DNA of 64,000 nucleotides, taken from an uncultured Clostridia bacterium. GTDB taxonomy: Bacteria > Bacillota > Clostridia > Christensenellales > UBA1242. Below, piece after piece: positions 46,834 to 55,292 of the stretch. Each line of letters opens with the position of its first letter. The stretch's first letter is position 1. The notes under the pieces are model-generated. The model saw nothing but the letters and a program-made list of their open reading frames with translations, did no database searches and was not told where the DNA came from. Location: contig CALWKF010000002.1 in assembly GCA_944381215.1 (NCBI GenBank), positions 55,174-119,173 of the forward strand. Direction: 5' to 3'. Position numbers and translations under genes: made by a program.

Positions 46834-47081
46834 TAAATTAAACATCTCTTAATTGAGGTGTTTAATTTATTTACTTGTGCCCTAGCCTAATAAAAATTTA
46901 TATCATTTCATTATATAAATCTTGCGCATTCGCCCTTATAAATTCTTTCCATTATATAATTATATAAATTGATTATATAAATTGACTATAAAATTTTTAA
47001 TAATATATTTGTCCTTTATAAAATCTTTATTCAACTTTTATGTTAATATAAAAACAAGGATAGCCCTTGTTTTAATAAAAT

Positions 47082-47112
47082 AAAAAGTGCCAAAAATACT
47101 TTGGCACTTTTT
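47082..47112 (-). terminator. Rho-independent (bidirectional) terminator
   Basis: AGTGCCAAA-aatac-TTTGGCACT flanked by A and T runs. Confidence 0.65.
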
Positions 47113-47119
47113 ATATTAA

Positions 47120-50100
47120 CTAGATGTTAAGAGTTGGGTATGAATCACTCACAAAGTTCCAAATTGTGCTGTCAAAGCCACGGTTTGTGAATGTTTCCAT
47201 TTTCTTACAATTCGCGTCGCTAGTCATACCATCGTCAGGGTTTGTGTGGAGCCACAAGAATCTGAACGAGTCATATCTACGCTCTGCGCCATTTGCAGAA
47301 TCACTATTGTAGATACAGTGCTCAACATAACCGCCAACCTTGGTGTCTGCATTCCACCAGTTGTTTAGTGCGCGAACTTCACTAGAAGTTTCTGCATAAG
47401 CATTGCCTGCGGACTTGTCAAATGTTGCATTTGAGAAGCAGTAAGATACTCTACCATAGTCAGAGGTGTTTGCAAATAAGATGTCTGCTGCAAAGCCACC
47501 CATTACACTACCGCTAAGGTAGCAAGTTGTGTAGCAGTTTACGATACCGCCACGAGTGATTTCACCAGCAAGGCCACCAACTCTCGTACCGTAGATGCTA
47601 CCAGTAGAGTAGCTTTGTGCTACGACATTAGTAACACCATTTGCACTGCTAGAGTCGAGCTTACCGATAATACCACCAACAAGGTATCCTACTAGGTAGA
47701 TGTTCTCTGCCTTGTTTGCGGTGATTAGACTCATGCTGGTCACGGTAGATGTTTGATACTTACCTACGATACCACCGACAATTACACCCGATACTGCAGG
47801 AGCATTGATGCGAGCAGTCGAGGTCGAACCGCTAACGGTCGAATAAAGTGAGCCTACAATACCACCTGCGACAATCTCCGCCCCTACTGAATCGATGTCA
47901 GCGGTAATAAAGTATGTGTAGTTGTTGTTAATCAATGCGCTGTTGTAGGTACATCCTGTAATTGTAGCGTTGCTACCACTGTAACCAGCGATACCACCGA
48001 GGTTAATCTCGCGTGTATTAGCATTACCAGAGATGATAATCTTGATTGCAACAGTGCTGTTTGAGATGATTGCGTTGCGGTCATTGTAACCAGCGATACC
48101 ACCTAGGTACTGGTTAGCATTCTTTACAGGTACGTCGATACCAACGGCCTCGGTCGTACCATTTGAAATTACGCTACTATTTGTAATCGAACCGCCATTT
48201 AGACCTGCAATTGCGCCTACATAGGTACCAGCCTCGATGCGCACGCCCTCAATAGCGAGGTTTTGGATGTTTGCATTCGCACCAGTTACACCGAAGAAGC
48301 CGTTAAACTCTCTGTCTGTGTAGATAACTAGATTTCTAATAACTGGCATGTTGCCGTCGGCCTTGGCTACCATAATGAACGTACCATTGAATGGCATATC
48401 ACGATCACCGATTGGAGTCCACTCGCCAATCTCAGATAAATCGATATCGTAATCGATAGTGTACGAGCCATCCAGCACTCCGTCGGCCTTGTCCTCGTTA
48501 ATTGCGTTTACAAGTGCCTGTGCGTTTGAGATGTAAATTACATCAAATTCGTCGTAAATCGAGTCAGCAATTGCTACTGCATTTGATTTAATGTAAGGAT
48601 ATCCATTGTTTTGTGTTGCGTCGATTGTCCAAACAAGATCGAAGTTCCACATAGCGAATTTACCTTGGATGTCGTAACCGATGAAAGCAATCGTGCTGTC
48701 AACATTTCCTGAATTTGTGATGTTGTCAAGTTGCTCTTGAGTAGGCTTCCTCTTTAAGTTCTCAGCAGTTTGAGGGTATGCAAGGTATGCGTCCATTACA
48801 TCCTCAAAGCCACCTAGACCATTAATTTCAAAATTATTTACACTAGTCTTCTGGTAGAAGTTACCCAAAATTCTGTTATAGTTTTTGAGCTCGTCATTCT
48901 CACCTTCGGTAATTTCAGGTCTTAATACTGCTTGAGAATTTGCACGGTTATTTGAGTTCCACCCAACGATTCCACCAATACGGCTGTTGTTAGTATTTGG
49001 AATGTCAAGGCTGGTAAACACGCTGTATGAGTTTACAACAGCATTTCTAGTTTGAGTGCCAGCGGTTGCCTCTGGGTTAGAAAGCACACCTACGATACCA
49101 CCAATAACAGGGTTATTTGCGCTCTCGGTAGAAATTGAAACAATAGCATAGGAGTTAGCAATAACAGCCCCCTCAGCCTCACCTGCAATACCACCGATTT
49201 CGCCAGCGTTAGCAACAGCGATTGTTGAATTTGCAACGCCTGAATATTGCACCCTAGCACCATAGTCAGTGCCGACGAGGCTACCAACCACACCACCTAC
49301 TGTAGGAGTGTTTTCACTAGTGCTACTAATAACTGAATCAACTACATTTACGAAATTAATTCTGCCGTTTGATACACCAGCCAATGCGCCAGCATAACTG
49401 TAATTTCCGTCAATAGTTGCGTTGGAAATTGTAAGACGTGATACCTCAGATCCTGTACCAAGGCGGGCAAACAAACCAGCCTCCATTACACTTGCATCTG
49501 TATATACAGTGTCAGGAGTTGCGTAACTCGAACCCTCTTTAAGCAGAGTCAAGTTCGAAATCACGTGGCCGTTACCATTGTAAGTGCCAGTAAAGCCAGC
49601 AGTTACGCCTGTACCAATAGGAGACCAAGCCTTATTTGCAACGCTCATGTCGATATCTGCAACCTGTTGATAGTGTGCAGTCAGGGTCATACCCTTTTCA
49701 CTATTAGCAAAGTCCTCTAAGTCTTGATACGAGCGGATGTAGAATGGATTCTCAACAGAACCATTACCTACATATACTGCGACATTGAGATTCTTGTATG
49801 CCTCGTTTGTGGTAATCAACTGAATGGTTGTGTTACCGCCACTGATGGCCCTAAATCTCCAAATTTTTACATTGCCTGAATTGTCGTCATCAAAGGACTC
49901 GACAAATTCAACAATTTCTTCATTCATACTCTGCATTGAGTACTCATCGCTACTGCCGTTTGTCCTAGTTACGGCAATATCGAAGGTTTCGCCCTCGTTT
50001 ACGTACTGAGTAACGGACTGTTCACCTGTGCCAATGCTGAATACCTCATTATTGCGCATAAAGTAGTAGATAGACAGACCGATACTAATTCCCACGATCA

Positions 50101-50140
50101 CGATGAGCAAAAAGATTAAAAATCTACTTAGCCATTTCAT
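47120..50140 (-). CDS. Large surface protein with an N-terminal anchor and many GLUG-motif repeats
   Basis: N-terminal TM helix (FLIFLLIVIVGISIGLSIYYF). At least 12 GG(I/L)(A/V)G repeats are present (GGIAGEAEG, GGIVGVLSN, GGIAGYNDR, GGLAGEITR and others). Confidence 0.72.
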   Translation of the reverse strand: MKWLSRFLIFLLIVIVGISIGLSIYYFMRNNEVFSIGTGEQSVTQYVNEGETFDIAVTRTNGSSDEYSMQSMNEEIVEFVESFDDDNSGNVKIWRFRAISGGNTTIQLITTNEAYKNLNVAVYVGNGSVENPFYIRSYQDLEDFANSEKGMTLTAHYQQVADIDMSVANKAWSPIGTGVTAGFTGTYNGNGHVISNLTLLKEGSSYATPDTVYTDASVMEAGLFARLGTGSEVSRLTISNATIDGNYSYAGALAGVSNGRINFVNVVDSVISSTSENTPTVGGVVGSLVGTDYGARVQYSGVANSTIAVANAGEIGGIAGEAEGAVIANSYAIVSISTESANNPVIGGIVGVLSNPEATAGTQTRNAVVNSYSVFTSLDIPNTNNSRIGGIVGWNSNNRANSQAVLRPEITEGENDELKNYNRILGNFYQKTSVNNFEINGLGGFEDVMDAYLAYPQTAENLKRKPTQEQLDNITNSGNVDSTIAFIGYDIQGKFAMWNFDLVWTIDATQNNGYPYIKSNAVAIADSIYDEFDVIYISNAQALVNAINEDKADGVLDGSYTIDYDIDLSEIGEWTPIGDRDMPFNGTFIMVAKADGNMPVIRNLVIYTDREFNGFFGVTGANANIQNLAIEGVRIEAGTYVGAIAGLNGGSITNSSVISNGTTEAVGIDVPVKNANQYLGGIAGYNDRNAIISNSTVAIKIIISGNANTREINLGGIAGYSGSNATITGCTYNSALINNNYTYFITADIDSVGAEIVAGGIVGSLYSTVSGSTSTARINAPAVSGVIVGGIVGKYQTSTVTSMSLITANKAENIYLVGYLVGGIIGKLDSSSANGVTNVVAQSYSTGSIYGTRVGGLAGEITRGGIVNCYTTCYLSGSVMGGFAADILFANTSDYGRVSYCFSNATFDKSAGNAYAETSSEVRALNNWWNADTKVGGYVEHCIYNSDSANGAERRYDSFRFLWLHTNPDDGMTSDANCKKMETFTNRGFDSTIWNFVSDSYPTLNI

Positions 50141-50260
50141 AAAAACTACCTCTCTATTTATTCATCTAGTAATTCGTAATTAATTATACTCCAAAATACT
50201 AATTTTGTCAATATGCAATATAAAATAAAAAGTAAAAACCGCCATTTTTTGCGGTTTAAC

Positions 50261-50605
50261 TTATAATCCTAGACTAATTAGGAGTGCATTATCGATATTT
50301 TCGAGCGTTTTTGCGTCGGTGTTACCTATTTTTTCAAGGAGACGAGCCTTGTCTAACGTGCGAATTTGCTCGAGCAGGACTACGCTATCCTTCTCTAACC
50401 CATATAGGTGCGCTGGGAGTTCGATGTGCGTGGGGAGTTTTGCCTTGTTGATTTTACTGGTGATTGCTGCCACAATTACTGTGGGACTGTATTTATTGCC
50501 AACGTCGTTTTGGACAATTAACACAGGCCTAACACCGCCCTGCTCGCTCCCTACAACTGGGGAAAGATTTGCATAAAATATGTCGCCTCGCCTAATTAGA
50601 TCCAA
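50261..50605 (-). CDS. mazF: Type II toxin-antitoxin system toxin, MazF/EndoA (PemK family) endoribonuclease
   Basis: [45 protein letters not shown] is near-identical in pattern to B. subtilis NdoA. It lies downstream of acpS as in Bacillus. Confidence 0.92.
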   Translation of the reverse strand: MDLIRRGDIFYANLSPVVGSEQGGVRPVLIVQNDVGNKYSPTVIVAAITSKINKAKLPTHIELPAHLYGLEKDSVVLLEQIRTLDKARLLEKIGNTDAKTLENIDNALLISLGL

Positions 50606-50786
50606 TGTCGTGCTCCTTTAACCACTGCTCGTATTTTGAGAAATCATCAAACTCGCCCCATATTTCCTTTTCGGTAAAGCCAGCGAATTTTTTAAAGTCG
50701 TTCTTTACCATTATATGAGTGCGCTTTATCCGTTTGTGCGGAATAATTTTTTGTAATGCTTTACTATATTTTTTGATATCTTGCAT
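50592..50786 (-). CDS. Putative antitoxin partner of MazF (unrecognised fold)
   Basis: A 64-aa ORF (or 39 aa from M26 at 50711) overlaps the mazF start by 14 nt. I saw no RHH or AbrB-like signature. Confidence 0.4.
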   Translation of the reverse strand: MQDIKKYSKALQKIIPHKRIKRTHIMVKNDFKKFAGFTEKEIWGEFDDFSKYEQWLKEHDIGSN

Positions 50787-50881
50787 AATAATTTATCCCT
50801 TTTACCCCTTGAAATATACCTAAAAAATAAAAAATAGCCCTTCTAATAGGCTATAATTTGTCTTTTTTATAAAATTATACT

Positions 50882-51265
50882 CTAAACCGCCACACAGATT
50901 GCAATCGCCTGGGTATTAGAGTGCGAGATACTGATGTCCGCCTCTTTTAACTTCAAGGCGTTAAAGTATTCCTTGGCAAAACCATGTAAATTTAGAGTGG
51001 GTTTTCCCAAAGTATCTGGTAAAATCTCTATATCGGTCCACTTAATGCCCTTGTCTATGCCTGTCCCTAGCATTTTTGCGACCGCCTCTTTTGAGGCAAA
51101 CTTCCCTGCCATTCGCTCGGCGATTCCCTCTACACTATTTAGTTCCATAATGTGCTCGCGTTCGTGCTTTGTAAAAATTCGGGTCATAAAGGCGTTGTCG
51201 CTTGCCTTGCCTAAAAATCGCGAGATTTCAACTATATCAATCCCAACTTTCATCATATTCTCCAC
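50882..51265 (-). CDS. acpS: Holo-[acyl-carrier-protein] synthase
   Basis: VGIDIVEISRF, FTKHEREH and SISHS motifs. Confidence 0.9.
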   Translation of the reverse strand: MENMMKVGIDIVEISRFLGKASDNAFMTRIFTKHEREHIMELNSVEGIAERMAGKFASKEAVAKMLGTGIDKGIKWTDIEILPDTLGKPTLNLHGFAKEYFNALKLKEADISISHSNTQAIAICVAV

Positions 51266-51866
51266 TCCTGAATTTTGAAATTACAGGGCTAATGTCGTTC
51301 CACGAAAAGCCCTTACTTACTAAATGTCTTGCAAGCTTGTCGAGGTTTTCGCGTGTAGGTTCCTTATTTTTTAGGTACTTTTGGGCAAGGGTGAATACGG
51401 CATCCTCTTGCGGTTCGAGCTCATCTAAAACCTCGTCGATTGTCTGCTTGTCGACGCCCTTTGCTTGCAGATTAAAGCGAAGTTTTTGCCTGCCGAACTT
51501 CTGCTTATATGCATCGACATACATTTTTGCATACTGGGAGTCGTCGAGGTAGTGGTATTCTAGCATTTTATCAATAACCGAATTGACGACTGCGGACATA
51601 TATCCTTTATTATATAAGTAGTCTTTTATCTGCTTTTTTGTCTTTGGAGTATTCGAAATTAGGTCGATTGCGCGCTCGAAGGCGGTGCTAGACTCACTTT
51701 CGAGAGTGATTTGTTCGAGTGTGGCGCGATCAATCTCGAGCCCTACTTTTAGGTGATTTTTAAATGCGGTAAAGTCGTCGACCGTGCATATAAACTCATT
51801 ATCTATATAGATATGCTGGCGTTTTTTATTGCCTTTTGCGACTTTTATATCGGTAATTATACCCAT
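51237..51866 (-). CDS. recX: Recombination regulator RecX
   Basis: Three-fold helical repeat pattern (LYNKGY...VIDKMLEYHYLDDSQYAKMY; LQAKGVDKQTIDEVL; LVSKGFSWNDI). Confidence 0.78.
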   Translation of the reverse strand: MGIITDIKVAKGNKKRQHIYIDNEFICTVDDFTAFKNHLKVGLEIDRATLEQITLESESSTAFERAIDLISNTPKTKKQIKDYLYNKGYMSAVVNSVIDKMLEYHYLDDSQYAKMYVDAYKQKFGRQKLRFNLQAKGVDKQTIDEVLDELEPQEDAVFTLAQKYLKNKEPTRENLDKLARHLVSKGFSWNDISPVISKFRSGEYDESWD

Positions 51867-51869
51867 TTT

Positions 51870-52457
51870 TTACTCCTCAAAACTATAAATTATTTCCTCT
51901 AATAAACTTGCGCCGTCAACCTCTTCATCTCTCCCCGCCACAATCTCTAACTCTACACCGCTTGAAAAGTCGGCATTTAATACCTTAATTTTGCGGTTTT
52001 TGATTTTATTTAAAAAGGGCTCGTACTCGCTGTAATCGAGTTTTATTTTTAGTCTCTTTGCGGGCCCCCATGTTACCAATTTAGCGGTATCCAGGGCCTG
52101 CAAAGTTGCGTTTGAATATGCGCGCAAGAGCCCGCCTGCACCAAGTTTTATTCCACCAAAGTACCTAACAACTGCAACAATGACGCATAATAGTCCGCGC
52201 TTTTCTAAAATATTTAAAATAGGCTTGCCAGCGGTCCCAGCGGGCTCGCCGTCGTCGCTTGCCTTTGCGGTGTTTAGTAGCCTATATGCGTAACAGATAT
52301 GCCTAGCGTCGTGGTATTTTTCGTGGAGAGAATGCAAGTATTCGTTTGCCTCGGCTTCGGTAGAAATAAACTTTGCAAAACCCAAAAAGCGAGATTTGTT
52401 AATTACAATCTCGCTCGTAAAAATTTTATCTTTGGGGATAGATATAAATGCCTGCAT
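51870..52457 (-). CDS. yigZ: YigZ/IMPACT family protein (UPF0029)
   Basis: KSRFLGFA....A.......H..ARHICYAYRL and GEPAGTAGKPIL are present. Confidence 0.85.
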   Translation of the reverse strand: MQAFISIPKDKIFTSEIVINKSRFLGFAKFISTEAEANEYLHSLHEKYHDARHICYAYRLLNTAKASDDGEPAGTAGKPILNILEKRGLLCVIVAVVRYFGGIKLGAGGLLRAYSNATLQALDTAKLVTWGPAKRLKIKLDYSEYEPFLNKIKNRKIKVLNADFSSGVELEIVAGRDEEVDGASLLEEIIYSFEE

Positions 52458-53651
52458 CTATTCTACATTTACCTTTATGATAGTTTTCTTGCCTTTCTTT
52501 AAGACAAACTCCGAACTTGGGCAAGTGTAGTCGAGGCTCGTGATAGTTTCGTCGTTAACCTTTATGCCACCGCCCAAAATCAACTTTTTAGCGTCTCCGC
52601 GAGAGGAGGCAAGCCCTAATTTTACTAGACAATCGATGATTCCTAGGTCTGCCTTGGTAATTTTAGCCTCGGGCATATCGTTAACATCGCCACCAAAGGC
52701 TGCACGGGCCTGATTTAAAGCCATCTTTGCGCTCTCCTCCCCGCGCACGATTTTGGTTACTTCGTAGGCGAGGCGTTCTTTGGCCTTATTAATCTCTTTA
52801 CCAGTGCCCTTGCAAATTTCCTTGATTTCGTCTAGCGGAAGCAAGGTAAGGATACAGAAAACCTCCTCGACCTTGGTATCCTCGATATCGCGGAAGTACT
52901 GGAAGAAGTCGTAGTCGCTAAACTTTTCGCGGTCGAGCCACACTGCATTGCCTGCGGACTTGCCCATTTTTTTGCCGTCGGCCCTAGTAAGTAGCGGGGT
53001 TGTGAGGCAGAAAACAGGGTTTTCCTCTTTTCTGCGAATCAGCTCGACACCTGCTAGCATGTTTGCCCACTGGTCACTCCCGCCGAGTTCCAACTTGCAG
53101 TCATAATTTTTGTACAAGTACCAAAAGTCGTAGGCTTGCATCGGCATGTAGTTAAATTCGAGGAAACTGAGACCATTTTCCATGCGCTGTTCAAAGCACC
53201 CCGAGCTCAACATTTTATTAACGCTCATATTGAGGCCCACGGTGTTTAAAAAATCGATGAAACCTAGGTCCTTAAACCAGTCATCGTTATTCACGACCAC
53301 TAATTTATTAGGTACATTTTGGTCAAAAAAGGACTCAAGTTGGGCCTTGATTTTGCGGACATTTTCGTCGCGCTCGGCTTGTGTAATCATGGGGCGCATG
53401 TCGTTTCTGCCTGTTGGGTCGCCGATTCGCCCCGTTGCGCCACCAATAAGTGCGATTGGTGTATGCCCCGCCCTTTGCATACGAATTAATTGTAAAATCG
53501 AGGCGAGGTGCCCTACGTGTAGGCTGTCTGCTGTTGGGTCAAAACCGCAGTAGCATACGATTCGCTCGGAGTCGAGGAGTTTACTCAATTCCTCCTCGTA
53601 AACTGTTTGGTATACTAGACCGCGTTCTTTCATTTCGTTAAATAGATTCAT
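52458..53651 (-). CDS. tyrS: Tyrosine--tRNA ligase
   Basis: HVGHL (HIGH), KMGKS (KMSKS) and a C-terminal S4 domain. Confidence 0.95.
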   Translation of the reverse strand: MNLFNEMKERGLVYQTVYEEELSKLLDSERIVCYCGFDPTADSLHVGHLASILQLIRMQRAGHTPIALIGGATGRIGDPTGRNDMRPMITQAERDENVRKIKAQLESFFDQNVPNKLVVVNNDDWFKDLGFIDFLNTVGLNMSVNKMLSSGCFEQRMENGLSFLEFNYMPMQAYDFWYLYKNYDCKLELGGSDQWANMLAGVELIRRKEENPVFCLTTPLLTRADGKKMGKSAGNAVWLDREKFSDYDFFQYFRDIEDTKVEEVFCILTLLPLDEIKEICKGTGKEINKAKERLAYEVTKIVRGEESAKMALNQARAAFGGDVNDMPEAKITKADLGIIDCLVKLGLASSRGDAKKLILGGGIKVNDETITSLDYTCPSSEFVLKKGKKTIIKVNVE

Positions 53652-53681
53652 TTTAGTCGTTCCTTTGTTTAATAATATTAA

Positions 53682-53710
53682 ATTTTAGCACAAATTAAGC
53701 CGTAAATCAA
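53682..53710 (-). promoter_or_regulatory. Promoter of tyrS (short leader, no T-box)
   Basis: TTGATT - 17 nt - (TGc)TAAAAT on the minus strand, about 25 nt upstream of the ATG. Confidence 0.55.
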
Positions 53711-53843
53711 TCTTATAAACGAAAAAAGCGAGCATAATTCGCCTTTTGGTCGTGATATTAAATAAAGTTCTTATAGTATTACACTTTGAACCGCACCTCA
53801 AAAGCCAATAATAAAAACTTTTTCTTGTATATATTTGTTTTAA

Positions 53844-53895
53844 GAGGAATAGATCCTTCGTCTAAAGGCTTCGCGGGTCGACACTCAGGATGACC
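53844..53895 (+). repeat. Dispersed intergenic repeat, copy D
   Basis: GAGGAATAGATCCTTCGTCTAAAGGCTTCGCGGGTCGACACTCAGGATGACC shares the GTCGACACTCAGGATGACC core with copy C. Confidence 0.8.
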
Positions 53896-53910
53896 TTAAA
53901 TATATTGGGA

Positions 53911-54021
53911 GTGCGACTTTGCACCGCGCCAGCCCCAAGTAATTTAGATTTATTGCGTGTACGATTTGATTAATTATCGTGTATACGACTTTGCACCGTG
54001 CCAGCCCAGTGATTTAATTAG
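53911..54021 (+). repeat. Two direct repeats of about 36 bp downstream of the 138-aa gene
   Basis: GTGCGACTTTGCACCGCGCCAGCCCCAAGTAATTTAG (53911-) and ATACGACTTTGCACCGTGCCAGCCCAGTGATTTAATTAG (53983-). Confidence 0.75.
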
Positions 54022-54025
54022 CCAA

Positions 54026-54442
54026 TTATCTAGACATAAAGTCCTCGATGGAAGTTTGGGAGACTTTGTCTTTTACTTGGTGCGTGATGCGGTAGTAATA
54101 ATCTTCGCAAGGCTTTACTAGGCTCTTTTGCTCTTGTGTGGGCACGTGCATTGCCTTTAAATACTGCCTATAATTATTGATATAATTTAGGCCGAATTTT
54201 TTAATTAAAAAAGCCTTGTGGACAAAGTCGTCCTCGTAGTCCTCGACAACTTGCTCCACGTGTGTTTCCTCGTCAGTTGCCTCACTTACGGCATAAAAGT
54301 CGAGCAAAACGCCGTCAACATGGCCCAATTTATCAGTCATTGGCTCGAAATGAATGTCGCTTGACACCGAATAACCTTCACCGCAAATTACAATGCCTGC
54401 GTACTCGTTCCAATCTTCTTTATTTAATTTTTCTACAAACAT
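54026..54442 (-). CDS. Hypothetical acidic protein
   Basis: 138-aa ORF with a plausible RBS. No motif recognised. Confidence 0.5.
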   Translation of the reverse strand: MFVEKLNKEDWNEYAGIVICGEGYSVSSDIHFEPMTDKLGHVDGVLLDFYAVSEATDEETHVEQVVEDYEDDFVHKAFLIKKFGLNYINNYRQYLKAMHVPTQEQKSLVKPCEDYYYRITHQVKDKVSQTSIEDFMSR

Positions 54443-54567
54443 TTTCTTATCCCCTATGATTTAAATATATTACATTTTATCACAAGTGCATATTGCTGTC
54501 AACTTCTATAATGATAAAAAAATCGCAAAAGTATGCGTTTACGTTTTTGAAAATTGATAATTTGTGG

Positions 54568-54573
54568 TATAAT
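54568..54573 (+). promoter_or_regulatory. Extended -10 element (TGgTATAAT) for the NifU-like/GGGtGRT operon
   Basis: tgTGGTATAAT lies about 30 nt upstream of the ATG at 54606. The -35 is weak. Confidence 0.45.
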
Positions 54574-54605
54574 TATGTTAAAATTACGCTATAAAAGGGG
54601 ATAAA

Positions 54606-55292
54606 ATGAAAATTAACGATTGCTATAAAGTAAATTCTTGTCCACACTCTGGACCTGCGCCCATCCCGCAAGAGGGCGAATTTACGCAAGTAAAAGACAT
54701 TACCGAGATTTGCGGGTTTAGTCATGGTTGTGGGAAATGCGCACCGCGTCAAGGTGTATGCAAACTCACCTTGAATGTCAAAAACGGCATAATAAAAGAG
54801 GCTTTAATTGAAACCGTTGGTTGTAGTGGTATGACGCACAGTGCGTGCATGGCGGGCGAAATTCTGGTGGGCCTAACTCTACTCGAAGCACTGAACACCG
54901 ACCTTGTTTGCGACGCGATAAACGACGCGATGAAGGACATTTTCCAGCAACTTGCCTACGGGCGCAGTCAAAGTGCCTTTTCAATTGGAGGCTTGTCGAT
55001 TGGCGCGGGGGTTGAGGAACTGGGCTCCACCCACCACAGCCGTGTTGGCACTGTATACAGTAACGACAAGGCGGGTGTTCGGTACTACAACACGACCGAG
55101 GGTTACACTACTCGCCTTGCCCTCGATGAAAATAACGAGATAATCGGTTATGAGTACGTAAACTTGCCGAGATTGCTAAAAAACATCCGCGCTGGCATGG
55201 ATGCAAAAGAGGCCCTAATAAAGTCTAGCGGGACTTATGGCAGATTTGACGAAGGCAAGGCTTATATCGACACAATGGAGGAAAACATATGA
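54606..55292 (+). CDS. NifU/IscU N-terminal-like Cys-rich protein (partner of the GGGtGRT protein)
   Basis: Cys pattern CGKC...ETVGCSGMTHSACMAGEILVG..LLEA resembles the IscU scaffold fold. Its ATGA overlap with the next gene suggests coupling. Confidence 0.55.
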   Translation: MKINDCYKVNSCPHSGPAPIPQEGEFTQVKDITEICGFSHGCGKCAPRQGVCKLTLNVKNGIIKEALIETVGCSGMTHSACMAGEILVGLTLLEALNTDLVCDAINDAMKDIFQQLAYGRSQSAFSIGGLSIGAGVEELGSTHHSRVGTVYSNDKAGVRYYNTTEGYTTRLALDENNEIIGYEYVNLPRLLKNIRAGMDAKEALIKSSGTYGRFDEGKAYIDTMEENI

